Below, one piece after another: positions 19,693 to 28,967 of a DNA stretch of 64,000 nucleotides. A program made the translations under genes and the position numbers. The notes below the pieces were generated by a model, which searched no databases, was not told the DNA's origin, and worked only from the letters and a program-made list of their open reading frames with translations. The first letter of the stretch is position 1; every line of letters starts with the position of its first letter. The DNA lies in contig CBDCXR010000004.1 of the NCBI GenBank assembly GCA_965223845.1, positions 4,416,001 through 4,480,000 on the forward strand, written 5' to 3'. The stretch comes from Planctomycetota bacterium (GTDB taxonomy: Bacteria > Planctomycetota > UBA8108 > SXIK01).

Positions 19693-21354
19693 TCACTCGA
19701 TCGCCGCGGCGTGCCGGCGCGCGCGGGGATCTCCGGCCGCCTGGATCACTCCCGTTTCGTGATCGATGAAGATCATCACGGGATGCGCGATCGGGCCGCG
19801 CGTCCGGCTGACGATGTGTCCGCGCCCCGAGAGCTGCGTTTCGATTTCGCCATCGATCGAATCCTGAAGCCGCAGCTCACCCGCTCCGACGAAGGCCGCC
19901 TCCCGGTCGGGATTCGGGTCGAACGAATCCTGGTGGTGCGACGTGCTGAACCGCGCCGCCGTCACCGCCTCGCTCGGCGCCATGCCGAACTCGATGTGAT
20001 TGAGGAGGACGTTGAGCGTCGTTTGGTCTTGGAGGTCACCTCCCGCGACGCTGATGGCGATGACCGGCTTTCCATGTTTCGTCACGAGGGTCGGAGTCAG
20101 TGTGATCCTCGGACGTTTTCCGGCCTCGACGCGGTTGGGATGCCCCCGCGTCGTGTTCAGGCTGCGCACGCGGTTCCCCTGAACGACTCCGGACGGTCCG
20201 GGCTGATTGCCCGCGAGGTTGCAGCTCGGCGTCGCGGCAACGACGTTTCCCCAGCGATCTGCGACCACACAGGTTGTCGTGTCGACGACCGGGATCCCCT
20301 TCGCCGCCTTCTCCTTCGTCTCGCGGACGAGGAGTGCCCTCATGCGCCGCGGGTCGCCCGGCCGGCGCTCGAGCGACGCTCGCTTCGGGTCGATCAGGCC
20401 GCGCCGGAGCTTCGTGTACTCATCGGAAAAGAGCTCGGCGAGCGGAACGTCGACGAACTTCGGGTCGCCGTAGTATTCGTCGCGATCCGCGAATCCCAGC
20501 TTGAGCGATTCGGTAAGGAGGTGAATGTAGTCAGCGGATAGATGCCCCGCCCGGCGAAGATCGAATCCCTCGAGGAGCCTGAGCGTCTGGCAGAGGACGG
20601 GGCCTTGCGTCCAGGTGCTGCACTTGTAGACCGTGTAGCCGCGGTAGTCGATCGAGACCGGATCCTCGACGACCGTCTCGTGCGCTGCGAGGTCCTTCTT
20701 CCGAAGAAGCGCACCCTCGCGGATGTACCAAGCCTCGAGCTCGTCCGCGACATCGCCCTTGTAGAATCGATCACGCGCGGCGATGAGCTTTTCTTCCCGG
20801 GATCCCGTCGCCTTCGCTTCGGCTTCGACGAGCTTGCGCAGAGTCACCGCGAGATTCGGGTACCAGCCTTTTCCGCCCCGATCGAGGAGCTCGAGAGTCG
20901 GCGCGACGGCTTCGGCGAAGCTCTTCGTCCCGTAGAGACGGAGCGCGGTCACGCAGAGGTCGATCGCGCCGGGGACCGGAGCCGCCTTCATGCTGCCGCG
21001 CGCCGGGATCGTATTCTCGTAGAACCACGCGATCGCCTGCGGGTCGAGCGGCGCGCGTCCCGCTCCGGACAGCACTTTCACCTCCCGTTTCTTCGCGTCG
21101 TAGATCATGAACGGGATTTCGCCGCCGATGGCGAACCAGCCGTAGTCCGTGACGGCGAGAGCGAGCAAGGTCGCGGCGGCCGCGTCGGCGGCGTTGCCAT
21201 CCGACTCGAGCAATCTCAGCCCGGCGAGGGCCGCGTCGTGTCCGCCGGTGGCGACCGCACCTCCCTTCCCGGCTGCGTTCCAGGTGAGGTCGCGAGAAGA
21301 GACGGTCACTCCGGGACAGAGACATACGATCAGTAGAACGAGCGAACGTCGCAT
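19693..21354 (-). CDS. ggt: Gamma-glutamyltransferase family protein
   Basis: GNAADAAAA, VPG, FYKGDVA, LGFADRDEYYGDP, DTTTCVVADRWGN (Thr nucleophile), GKRPRITLTP, GDPR. The real start is ATG 21354 with a signal peptide; the upstream part of the track ORF overlaps another gene. Confidence 0.9.
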   Translation of the reverse strand: MRRSLVLLIVCLCPGVTVSSRDLTWNAAGKGGAVATGGHDAALAGLRLLESDGNAADAAAATLLALAVTDYGWFAIGGEIPFMIYDAKKREVKVLSGAGRAPLDPQAIAWFYENTIPARGSMKAAPVPGAIDLCVTALRLYGTKSFAEAVAPTLELLDRGGKGWYPNLAVTLRKLVEAEAKATGSREEKLIAARDRFYKGDVADELEAWYIREGALLRKKDLAAHETVVEDPVSIDYRGYTVYKCSTWTQGPVLCQTLRLLEGFDLRRAGHLSADYIHLLTESLKLGFADRDEYYGDPKFVDVPLAELFSDEYTKLRRGLIDPKRASLERRPGDPRRMRALLVRETKEKAAKGIPVVDTTTCVVADRWGNVVAATPSCNLAGNQPGPSGVVQGNRVRSLNTTRGHPNRVEAGKRPRITLTPTLVTKHGKPVIAISVAGGDLQDQTTLNVLLNHIEFGMAPSEAVTAARFSTSHHQDSFDPNPDREAAFVGAGELRLQDSIDGEIETQLSGRGHIVSRTRGPIAHPVMIFIDHETGVIQAAGDPRARRHAAAIE

Positions 21355-21556
21355 TGCGGCACCTCCACGATCGAGTCGACGATTCCAACGCTTCCACCGT
21401 ACCCGACCTACGATACCGAAGCCGAGACGCGGGCGAAACTCGACGGTCCCCTCCGAAGCGCCAAAGAAACTCGGGCGAAAACGCGTCGGTCGGGCGTGCC
21501 CGTTTAGCGTCTTCGCTCGAGCTTTTTGAGCGTCGCCGGCGAACGTCCAGCCGCGC

Positions 21557-24103
21557 TCACGCGCACGGAGTCGACTGCGCACAGTCGATCGAATCGGGCG
21601 TCGGGTCCTTTCCGCATCGCTCGAACGGATCTGCCGGCGCAGGACCGTCGGCGAAGAGAAAATTGAGAAGCACGATCGGGTCGGTGATTCCGATCCCGCC
21701 GCTGTCGTCGACGTCTGCGCTCTTCGCGCAGATCGGGCGTTCTCCCCCCGCGAAGAGATACTGGAGCGTCGCGAGCGCATCGGCGAGATCGATGGCGGCA
21801 TCTGCGTTCGCATCGCCTCGTCGAAACGAATTCGCTTCACAGGATCCGAACCCGGCGGCGAACGTGTCCGCATCGATCTCGAACGTCGACGCGTTCGATC
21901 CGGTGACCGCCCAGATTTCGTCTCGGCCGTCGCCGTCGAAATCGGCCACCGCGAGGGCGGAGCTCCTCGTCCGCGCGCCGCCGAGACGCGCAGAAGCGGT
22001 GAAGCAGCCCGTACCATCTCCCAAGTACGCACGAAACGAGGCGGAGTACCGAGGCGGATCGCCACTGACGACCAAATCGAGCGATCCGTCCCCATCGAGA
22101 TCACCGGTCGCGAGCGTCGGCTGCGATTCCGGGCCGGTTCCTCCGACGGCGAATCGCACGGAAAACTCGCCGCCGCCGTCGTTCGACAGGATCGCAACGA
22201 ATCCGCTCGACGCGGCCGTCGGATGCGGACCGGGTCCCGCGTATCCGAGATCGACGGTACCGTTTCCGTCGACATCGACGGCGACCAAGCGGGCGCCTAC
22301 CGCGGTGTTCTGACCGAGTACCGAAAGCCCATCGACGTCCGGACACCGGGGAAGCGAAAACGTCCCGTCGCCTTGTCCGAAGAGGAGACTCACCGAACAC
22401 GGAGCGATCGTGCCGCCGAGTGCGAGGTCGACTAGCCCATCGCCATCGAAATCCGCCGCGACGAGGTCCCGGGGACGGGGATAGTGTCGGGCGTCCGTCG
22501 CTACCGGAGCCGGAATCGCCGCGAAGCGTCCCGCGTTTCTCAGCGCGCGGCGCTCCACGTCGACGATGACGACGCCGTCACCGCTCAAGAGCGCGAGGCC
22601 GAGAGACGCTCGGCCGGCGAATCGCGCCGAAGCGATCGCGTCTACCAGGCCGACGTCGGAAAACGGAGTAAACGTAGTCAACGGAGGTTCGTCGCCGCCC
22701 CAGAGAACGCCGTCCTCGAGCACGATCTCCACTCGACCGTCTCCGTCGAGGTCGGCCACGGCGAGCGCGTCGCTTCGCTGATCGCGAAGGAGAATCGGTG
22801 CGAGAACGCCGTCGCCGAGGTTTCGAAAGAGCACGATTCGATCACCGGAGGATACGACGTCGACGAGGCCGTCGGCATCGAAGTCGAGCGACTCCGCGCG
22901 ATCGAGTGGACCGGGAACGGCGACGTCGGTGAAACTCCCGTCGCCCGGATTTTCGAGCACGAGGATGCTCTCTACGGTCCCTGCGGCGAGCAACACGTCG
23001 GTGTCACCGTCTCGATCGATGTCGCTCGCGTGAACGTCCATCGCGCCCGGGGCGAATCGGCGAAGCGGATCCCCCGCTTCCGCCTCGGCGCCCCAGGAGA
23101 CCCACGTCACGTCGGTGGCCGCGACGATGATCTCCGCTCGATCGTCGCCGTCCAAGTCGGCTGCTGTCACTGCTCGAGGGAAGGCGTCGATCGGATTTCT
23201 CGACGTGACGACGAACTCCCCTCGGACGTTGGTGAAGCGAATGACGTCTCGTCCTCCTCCGATTCGATCGCCGATGACCACGACGTCCGGGGCGAGATCG
23301 CGATCGAGGTCGCCTGCGAAGAGAGCGCCTCCCACGAGACTCCTGCTCTCCGGCACGGCGACTCGCCGAAACCTCGAGAGAACGCCTCGATCGTTTTCCA
23401 CGACGAAGAACTCTGCGCCTCCGCCCACGACGATCAAATCGTCGTCGCCATCGCGATCCACGTCGGCCGCACGAACCGAGCGCGGGCAGCAGTCCGGCGA
23501 TCGAACGGATCCGGTTCGATCGAACGACCGCTCGGCGGACCCGAAGAAGATCACCCCATCGCGATTCCGGCGCGAGAGCACGACGTCGGCGATTCCGTCC
23601 GAATCGACGTCCGTCGTGGTGAGCGTGAGGGCGCTCGCAACCGATTCGCCCCTGATCACGGAACGCGGCTCTTCAGGAAACGTTCCGTTTCGATTCTCGA
23701 GAACCATGAGGCGGTTCTCGGAGGTTCCGTCCTCAAGGCGGAATCGACTGACGAAGACGATGTCGCCGTCCCCATCACCGTCGACGTCGGCGCTCGCGAC
23801 CGCGGGAGGCGCGGTCAACTCTGCGCTGTGCTCGGAGAGGAGACAGTACTCGCCGAGCTCGTACGAAACGGCGGCGATTCGCCCGGCGAAGACGTCGACC
23901 GCCACGAGATCCGTGGCTGCGTCGCCGTCGAAGTCTGCCGTCACGAATCCAGACTCGATCGAACCTGCGAAGGCGTACGGTGATCGAGGAGAGAACGGTC
24001 GCGGAACACGCTGGCGTTCGTCCCCAAGCGTTGTGTGCCCCGAAAGGGCGACGATCAAACCCACCACGAACCCGAATCCACCGACCTGCATCGAAGTCGC
24101 CAT
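21557..24103 (-). CDS. FG-GAP/VCBS repeat protein with C-terminal dockerin-like domain
   Basis: About a dozen (A/G)DxDxDGxxD(L/I) repeats; C-terminal FRRGDANADAAIDLADA...DVDDSGGIGITDPI...CGKDPTPD. Confidence 0.87.
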   Translation of the reverse strand: MATSMQVGGFGFVVGLIVALSGHTTLGDERQRVPRPFSPRSPYAFAGSIESGFVTADFDGDAATDLVAVDVFAGRIAAVSYELGEYCLLSEHSAELTAPPAVASADVDGDGDGDIVFVSRFRLEDGTSENRLMVLENRNGTFPEEPRSVIRGESVASALTLTTTDVDSDGIADVVLSRRNRDGVIFFGSAERSFDRTGSVRSPDCCPRSVRAADVDRDGDDDLIVVGGGAEFFVVENDRGVLSRFRRVAVPESRSLVGGALFAGDLDRDLAPDVVVIGDRIGGGRDVIRFTNVRGEFVVTSRNPIDAFPRAVTAADLDGDDRAEIIVAATDVTWVSWGAEAEAGDPLRRFAPGAMDVHASDIDRDGDTDVLLAAGTVESILVLENPGDGSFTDVAVPGPLDRAESLDFDADGLVDVVSSGDRIVLFRNLGDGVLAPILLRDQRSDALAVADLDGDGRVEIVLEDGVLWGGDEPPLTTFTPFSDVGLVDAIASARFAGRASLGLALLSGDGVVIVDVERRALRNAGRFAAIPAPVATDARHYPRPRDLVAADFDGDGLVDLALGGTIAPCSVSLLFGQGDGTFSLPRCPDVDGLSVLGQNTAVGARLVAVDVDGNGTVDLGYAGPGPHPTAASSGFVAILSNDGGGEFSVRFAVGGTGPESQPTLATGDLDGDGSLDLVVSGDPPRYSASFRAYLGDGTGCFTASARLGGARTRSSALAVADFDGDGRDEIWAVTGSNASTFEIDADTFAAGFGSCEANSFRRGDANADAAIDLADALATLQYLFAGGERPICAKSADVDDSGGIGITDPIVLLNFLFADGPAPADPFERCGKDPTPDSIDCAQSTPCA

Positions 24104-24339
24104 AGCTCGATTGGACCTCTACCCAATCTCGGCGGAAGGGAGCAGGGGGAGTCGGAAGGTCGAAGGCTGCGAATCTGTCGAGGCTCCGGAAAGCGGCGAA
24201 GTGTCGAATCGCGGTTCTCGGACAGATTCGTCGCGGTAAACGTGCGAACCACCGCGAAAGTTCCGCCGAGTACGAGAAAACTGGATCGCACCCACTGGGG
24301 CCCCGGCTGGAACGTCTTCGGAGCCGTGCGGTGTCGGGG

Positions 24340-25764
24340 CTACTGCGGGGTCGGAGCGCTCGGCGAAGCCGGCTGCGGCCGGAGCTCGAGCCTTGCGTAA
24401 CGGAGAGAGCCCCCGTGACTCGTTCGTCCGAAGAGATCCACGGTCGTGGACGGCGAAGAGCCTCCGCGCGGCGCGGCCGTGAAGAAGCGCACGAACGGAT
24501 CTTTGAGCGGAATGCGATCGAACTCGACGCCCGTCTCCGCGTCGGCTGCAGCCTCCCCGAGTGCGGCATGATAGTTCGCAAGGGAACCATCGCCCTCACG
24601 GGTCCCCGCCACGATGAGATGGAGCCGCTCTCCCGGACTCACGTGAAAGCGCGCCCATGTCGGCCGAATTCCGCCGACCCCGCGCTCTCCACCGGCTAGC
24701 GTCGCCCGGCGCTCAACTGCGCCGTCGCGGATCAACGCGTAACGAAGCGAGATCACCGACCGCTTCGCCGGAAAATGCGCGGCGCGGATATGCGCGTCGG
24801 CGTAGGGGTCTTCGAGGTAGAGCGCGTGCGCCGCGCCCGTCGCGTCGACGTGGAGATCGAGGTTTGCAATATGACCTCCCGTGGCATCGACGTTCGCGAT
24901 CTCGATCGGCTTTGCGAATCGAGTCTTCTCGACATCCGTCGCCGAGGTGTAGAACAGCCGGCGAAACACGTAGTCCCACTTTCGCCCCGTGTTCTCAGCC
25001 TTGAGCTTTCGCCACGCTTCGACCGGCTCCACGATATCGCCGATCGCGAGCACGTGTGCCGCGCGGTTCCGCAGCACGACTTGCGGGTACGCCGCGCGAA
25101 TCGGAAACACGATCGCCGGACGTGAGATCCACTTCCCGCTCGGCTGCCGCCACGAGACGTGCTGCGCGCTCGTCTGGGCGTCGATGTGAAGGAGAAGGAC
25201 CTCACCCCGCGGAGCGTCGACGGCGAGGCCTCGGTACGAATGATCCGTGAACGTCGGCGCCGGGGAGCTCGGCCACGCGGGTCGCTCCGTCGCGAACGCC
25301 CCGAGCGAGCCGTTCGGCGGAAACCGTACGATCTCTGGTCGACAGCGCCCGTACCACTTTCCCGGCGGCTCGAGGGAGGGATTCACCGAGAGGACGAGCG
25401 TGCCGTCGCCGAGAAGACCGATCGGACAAGGCTCGCGCTCGCGGTAAGCGTTCGCTTGCGCGACGCGCTTCCACTCGCCGGCGCTGCCCCGCCAGACTTG
25501 CCAGCGCGTGTTACAGAGCGGCGGAACGTCGACTCCGGTCTCGATCGCGCTCACGAACACATCGCCGTCACGGCGGACGACGAGGGGCGAACCGTAACAC
25601 CACAGCGGACCGGCGCCGTTGCCCGCCGCGGTGTAGATCGTAACGACGTTCTCGACTAGGACCTCGGGACGGAGATCCGACGCTCGAGGCTCGGACTCAG
25701 CGCAGACGAGCGCCGCGGCGATGCAGCAGGCGATCATCATTCGGATGGGATACCGGCTCTTCAC
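24340..25764 (-). CDS. Secreted hypothetical protein (possible beta-propeller)
   Basis: GTG 25764 with GGAGG 7 nt upstream (alternative ATG 25785); signal-like MMIACCIAAALV; protein-like body (NGAGPLWCYG, WDYVFRRLFY). Confidence 0.72.
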   Translation of the reverse strand: MKSRYPIRMMIACCIAAALVCAESEPRASDLRPEVLVENVVTIYTAAGNGAGPLWCYGSPLVVRRDGDVFVSAIETGVDVPPLCNTRWQVWRGSAGEWKRVAQANAYREREPCPIGLLGDGTLVLSVNPSLEPPGKWYGRCRPEIVRFPPNGSLGAFATERPAWPSSPAPTFTDHSYRGLAVDAPRGEVLLLHIDAQTSAQHVSWRQPSGKWISRPAIVFPIRAAYPQVVLRNRAAHVLAIGDIVEPVEAWRKLKAENTGRKWDYVFRRLFYTSATDVEKTRFAKPIEIANVDATGGHIANLDLHVDATGAAHALYLEDPYADAHIRAAHFPAKRSVISLRYALIRDGAVERRATLAGGERGVGGIRPTWARFHVSPGERLHLIVAGTREGDGSLANYHAALGEAAADAETGVEFDRIPLKDPFVRFFTAAPRGGSSPSTTVDLFGRTSHGGSLRYARLELRPQPASPSAPTPQ

Positions 25765-25847
25765 GCGTGTTCCTCCGATCCGCATTGTAGCGCCTAGCTC
25801 GCGGACACAAGTCCTGCGAAGCTCGATTCGAGAAGCGTCGCGACCGA

Positions 25848-27275
25848 TCACCCCGCGATGCCGTCCCGGAATCGATCGATCGCTCGCGCGCGGGACGCCT
25901 TGAGATCGACGATCGGCCGCGGATACCCACACGCGTCGCAGAGCGCTGGGGCGCGCTCCCCCGGGAGATGGATCGCGCGATCTTCGATGTCCGCGAGCTC
26001 GGGAAGATGCCGTCGAATGAACTCGCCGTCCGGATCGAACCGCTCGCTCTGCGTGACCGGATTGAACACCCGAAAGTACGGCGCCGCATCGGTTCCCACG
26101 GACGCCGACCACTGCCAGCCGCCGTTGTTGTTCGCGAAGTCTCCGTCGACGAGGTGTCGCATGAAGTGGCGCTCGCCGCGGCGCCAATCGACGAAGAGGT
26201 TTTTCGTGAGAAAGGATGCGGTGATCATACGGAGACGGTTGTGCATCCAGCCGGTGTCCCTTAGTGCGCGCATCGCCGCATCGACGATCGGTACGCCTGT
26301 CGTCCCGCTCCTCCAGCGCTCGAATCCTTCTTGGTCATCGCGCCACGAGATCGATCGAGTCCGAAGATCAAACGGCTCGCCGCGACAGACGCGCGGGAAC
26401 CCGACGAGGACGTGCCGGTAGAACTCACGCCAAATCAGCTCGGAGATCCATTTCGCGACTCCGACCGCGCCGTCCAGCTCACCTCCGTTCGCTCGGCGAG
26501 CAACGTCGAGGCACTCCCGAGGCGAGATGACCCCGAGCGCGAGATACGGCGAGAGTGCGCTCGTTCCTCCTACCGCGGGGCGATCGCGGTCATCTGCGTA
26601 CTGATCGGCGCGCTGCTCGAGGAATTCGCGGAGCCTCGCGCGCGCGCTCGACTCGCCGGTCGGCCAGAGGTCCGCCTTGCTGACGCGTGCGAATCCTTCG
26701 ACTCGAGTCGAGATCGGCGTCGACTTGACGTCAGCTCGCTTCTGTCGCCGCGGCAACTCGCGCCCGGGAGTCGAACCCCTCTCCTCGACCGCCGCGATCC
26801 ACTTCTTCCGGTAGGGAGTGAAAACGGTGTAGAAGCGGCCGTCATTCGTCCTGAGCTCGTGCGGTGCGACGATCGTTTGATCGTCGAACGCGTGCACCGA
26901 ACGACCCGAAGCTTCGAAGCGCTCCCGTACGGTTTCGTCGCGCGACTTTTCGTTTACTTCGTACTCGAGATTGAACCAGACGCTGTCGCAGTCGTGGCGC
27001 TCCGCCACGTCGAGCAATCGGCGCGGGACTCCCCCGAATCGAGGTTCTTCGATGACGATGAGAGGGATCCCGAGTCTCCCGAGCGACGCCGAAAGATCGC
27101 GCAGGTTTCGAAGAAGGAAGTCGACCTTGATCGACGCCCAGTCGTGCTCTTTCCACTGCTGCGGACAGACCGTGAACACGGCGAGCACGCCGCGCGTGGC
27201 GGCGCGGCAGGCTTCGAAGAGAGCGGTGTTGTCTCGGACGCGAAGATCCGAGCGGAACCAGATGAGAGGACGCAC
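25848..27275 (-). CDS. phrB: Deoxyribodipyrimidine photolyase (class I CPD type)
   Basis: WFRSDLRVRDN, TSALSPYL, WREFY, GTTGVPIVDAAMR, WMHNRLRM, NNGGWQW, RVFNP. Confidence 0.95.
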   Translation of the reverse strand: MRPLIWFRSDLRVRDNTALFEACRAATRGVLAVFTVCPQQWKEHDWASIKVDFLLRNLRDLSASLGRLGIPLIVIEEPRFGGVPRRLLDVAERHDCDSVWFNLEYEVNEKSRDETVRERFEASGRSVHAFDDQTIVAPHELRTNDGRFYTVFTPYRKKWIAAVEERGSTPGRELPRRQKRADVKSTPISTRVEGFARVSKADLWPTGESSARARLREFLEQRADQYADDRDRPAVGGTSALSPYLALGVISPRECLDVARRANGGELDGAVGVAKWISELIWREFYRHVLVGFPRVCRGEPFDLRTRSISWRDDQEGFERWRSGTTGVPIVDAAMRALRDTGWMHNRLRMITASFLTKNLFVDWRRGERHFMRHLVDGDFANNNGGWQWSASVGTDAAPYFRVFNPVTQSERFDPDGEFIRRHLPELADIEDRAIHLPGERAPALCDACGYPRPIVDLKASRARAIDRFRDGIAG

Positions 27276-27277
27276 GA

Positions 27278-27838
27278 TCAGAGCTCGGCAATAGCCGCTT
27301 CGAGCCGCGAAAGCGCCGCGGTCGAGTATCCGCGATCGTAGAAAAACGCGACGCGTCCCGTCTCATCGAGAAGGACGACGCGCGCCGGGAGCGGATTTTC
27401 ATTTCCGAGAAACTCCGCCACGCGATCGCCGTCGCCGTAGATCGTGACGACGATGGCCCAGTCCTCGGACGGAATTCCCGCGCGCATTCCGTCGTTGATC
27501 GCGCGGGCAAAGAGACCGGGAACGAGACCCGGAATCGTCGGCAGCTCGTAGACGGGGATCTCAATCGAGGTTTCTCGGAGACCGAGCAGCCAGCGGTCGA
27601 TGTCGAACTGCGATTCCCTCTCGTACCCGACGAAGAGCAGCACTCGATCCCCCGCGAAGTCGCTCGGAATCGAAATGGTCTTCTCGGTCAGCGTGACGCC
27701 GGTGACTGCCGGGAAACGATCACCGACGGGATCGCGCCGCGGGTGCGTGGTTGAGCAGCCGGCGAGAATCAGCATACAGACGAAAGCCGGCGAGGAGGCG
27801 CGCCTCCTCGTTCGTCTAGTTCGTTCGGTCCTAGTCAT
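27278..27838 (-). CDS. Thioredoxin-like-fold lipoprotein of unknown function
   Basis: Lipobox ILAGC; FPAVTG.TL...SQFDIDRW...LLDETGRV with no CxxC; ATGA overlap with the carH stop, and ends 2 nt before phrB. Confidence 0.78.
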   Translation of the reverse strand: MTRTERTRRTRRRASSPAFVCMLILAGCSTTHPRRDPVGDRFPAVTGVTLTEKTISIPSDFAGDRVLLFVGYERESQFDIDRWLLGLRETSIEIPVYELPTIPGLVPGLFARAINDGMRAGIPSEDWAIVVTIYGDGDRVAEFLGNENPLPARVVLLDETGRVAFFYDRGYSTAALSRLEAAIAEL

Positions 27839-28764
27839 CGTTCTAGTTTCTGGTCTTTCTGCCGGTCTTCTCCGCCGCGAGCGGCGAGCGATCCAGCTCT
27901 GAGCCAAGCATCGAACTCGGCGAGATCGGGAAAGTACTCGACACCACGCACGCCCCGCCGGAGGCGCTTAGCCCCTTGCCCGCCGGCGATCACAATGACG
28001 TCGGGCGGGAGACCCGCCCGCAGTTCCGCGAGTTGCCGTTCGGTTTCGACTCCGCACGTCGCGAGCGACACGCTCAGTGCGAGAGCGGTGGCGTCCAACT
28101 CGCGCGCGGCGGCAAGTACTTCGTCGTTCGGGACCTCGATTCCGAGGTTCACGCACCTCAATCGGGCGGAGGTTAGAATCGACGCGGCAGCGAGCAGCCC
28201 AAAGCGGTGGCGTTCGCCAGAGATCGTCGCGAGAAGCACCGTGGGCGCCCGCGTCTCAAGCGGCTCGTCCCGGAGCCGCGCCCGGAGCACGTCTTCGATG
28301 ACCTCGGAAAGAAGGTGCTCGTGCCGGACTTGAAACGTCCCCGCGCGCCACTCTTCGCCGACGGCACGGAGGAGCGGAACGACACGGTCGAGGACGAACG
28401 CGCGCAGCCCGCGCTCTCGTGCGTCCGATTCGAGCGCCGCGAAGAGCTCTCGATCCGCGAAGTCGCGAGCGAGTGAGAGGAGCGGCTGCAGCTCTGCGCT
28501 CGCGGCCGAAATCGCAACCGCGTTCTCGCGGAGGAGCGCGTCGAGCTCGGCCGCGCTCTTCGTGAGAACGCTCGCCGGACGGTGACCGAGAGCGACGGCA
28601 TCCGCAACTCGGTGCAACCACTCGACCTGTTCGGGCGTGAACCGCCGGTGCCCCGACGGCAGGCGGACAGGCTGTGGACGGCCGTACCGGCGCTCCCACG
28701 CGCGCAGCGTTTCCACGCCGATCCCGGTCGATTCGGCTACCGCGGCGATCGAGACGGCATCCAT
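27835..28764 (-). CDS. carH: CarH/LitR-type MerR-family, B12-binding light-responsive transcriptional regulator
   Basis: MerR HTH with RAWERRYG; W-x9-EH motif (WRAGTFQVRHEH); B12-binding ERHRFG...LG...LSVS...GG. Confidence 0.88.
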   Translation of the reverse strand: MDAVSIAAVAESTGIGVETLRAWERRYGRPQPVRLPSGHRRFTPEQVEWLHRVADAVALGHRPASVLTKSAAELDALLRENAVAISAASAELQPLLSLARDFADRELFAALESDARERGLRAFVLDRVVPLLRAVGEEWRAGTFQVRHEHLLSEVIEDVLRARLRDEPLETRAPTVLLATISGERHRFGLLAAASILTSARLRCVNLGIEVPNDEVLAAARELDATALALSVSLATCGVETERQLAELRAGLPPDVIVIAGGQGAKRLRRGVRGVEYFPDLAEFDAWLRAGSLAARGGEDRQKDQKLER

Positions 28765-28851
28765 GGGGAACTCACCGGCAAATCTCGTAATCCGTTCCTA
28801 GTTCTCTACTTGAAGATTCCAAGCACGATCCAGTCTACCTCAGCCTGCTCA

Positions 28852-28877
28852 TTTGTACAATAATTTATCTGTACAAA
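28852..28877. promoter_or_regulatory. Palindromic operator, probable CarH/LitR binding site in the divergent promoter
   Basis: TTTGTACA-ataatttatc-TGTACAAA, a perfect 8-bp inverted repeat in a strikingly AT-rich patch between carH and the DUF523-DUF1722 gene. Confidence 0.75.
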
Positions 28878-28967
28878 ATCCTTCTGGCGACGTACTCTTA
28901 GATTGACGGACGGGGACCGCACTCGCCGTCAGACCCGCGGGCGCCGCCCGCCGACCGAACCCAAAGG

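Noticed and set aside
21355-22275. N-terminal 300 aa of the 860-aa track ORF as part of GGT
   Set aside because: It is an Arg/Ser-rich off-frame shadow overlapping the FG-GAP gene. A signal peptide begins at ATG 21354.
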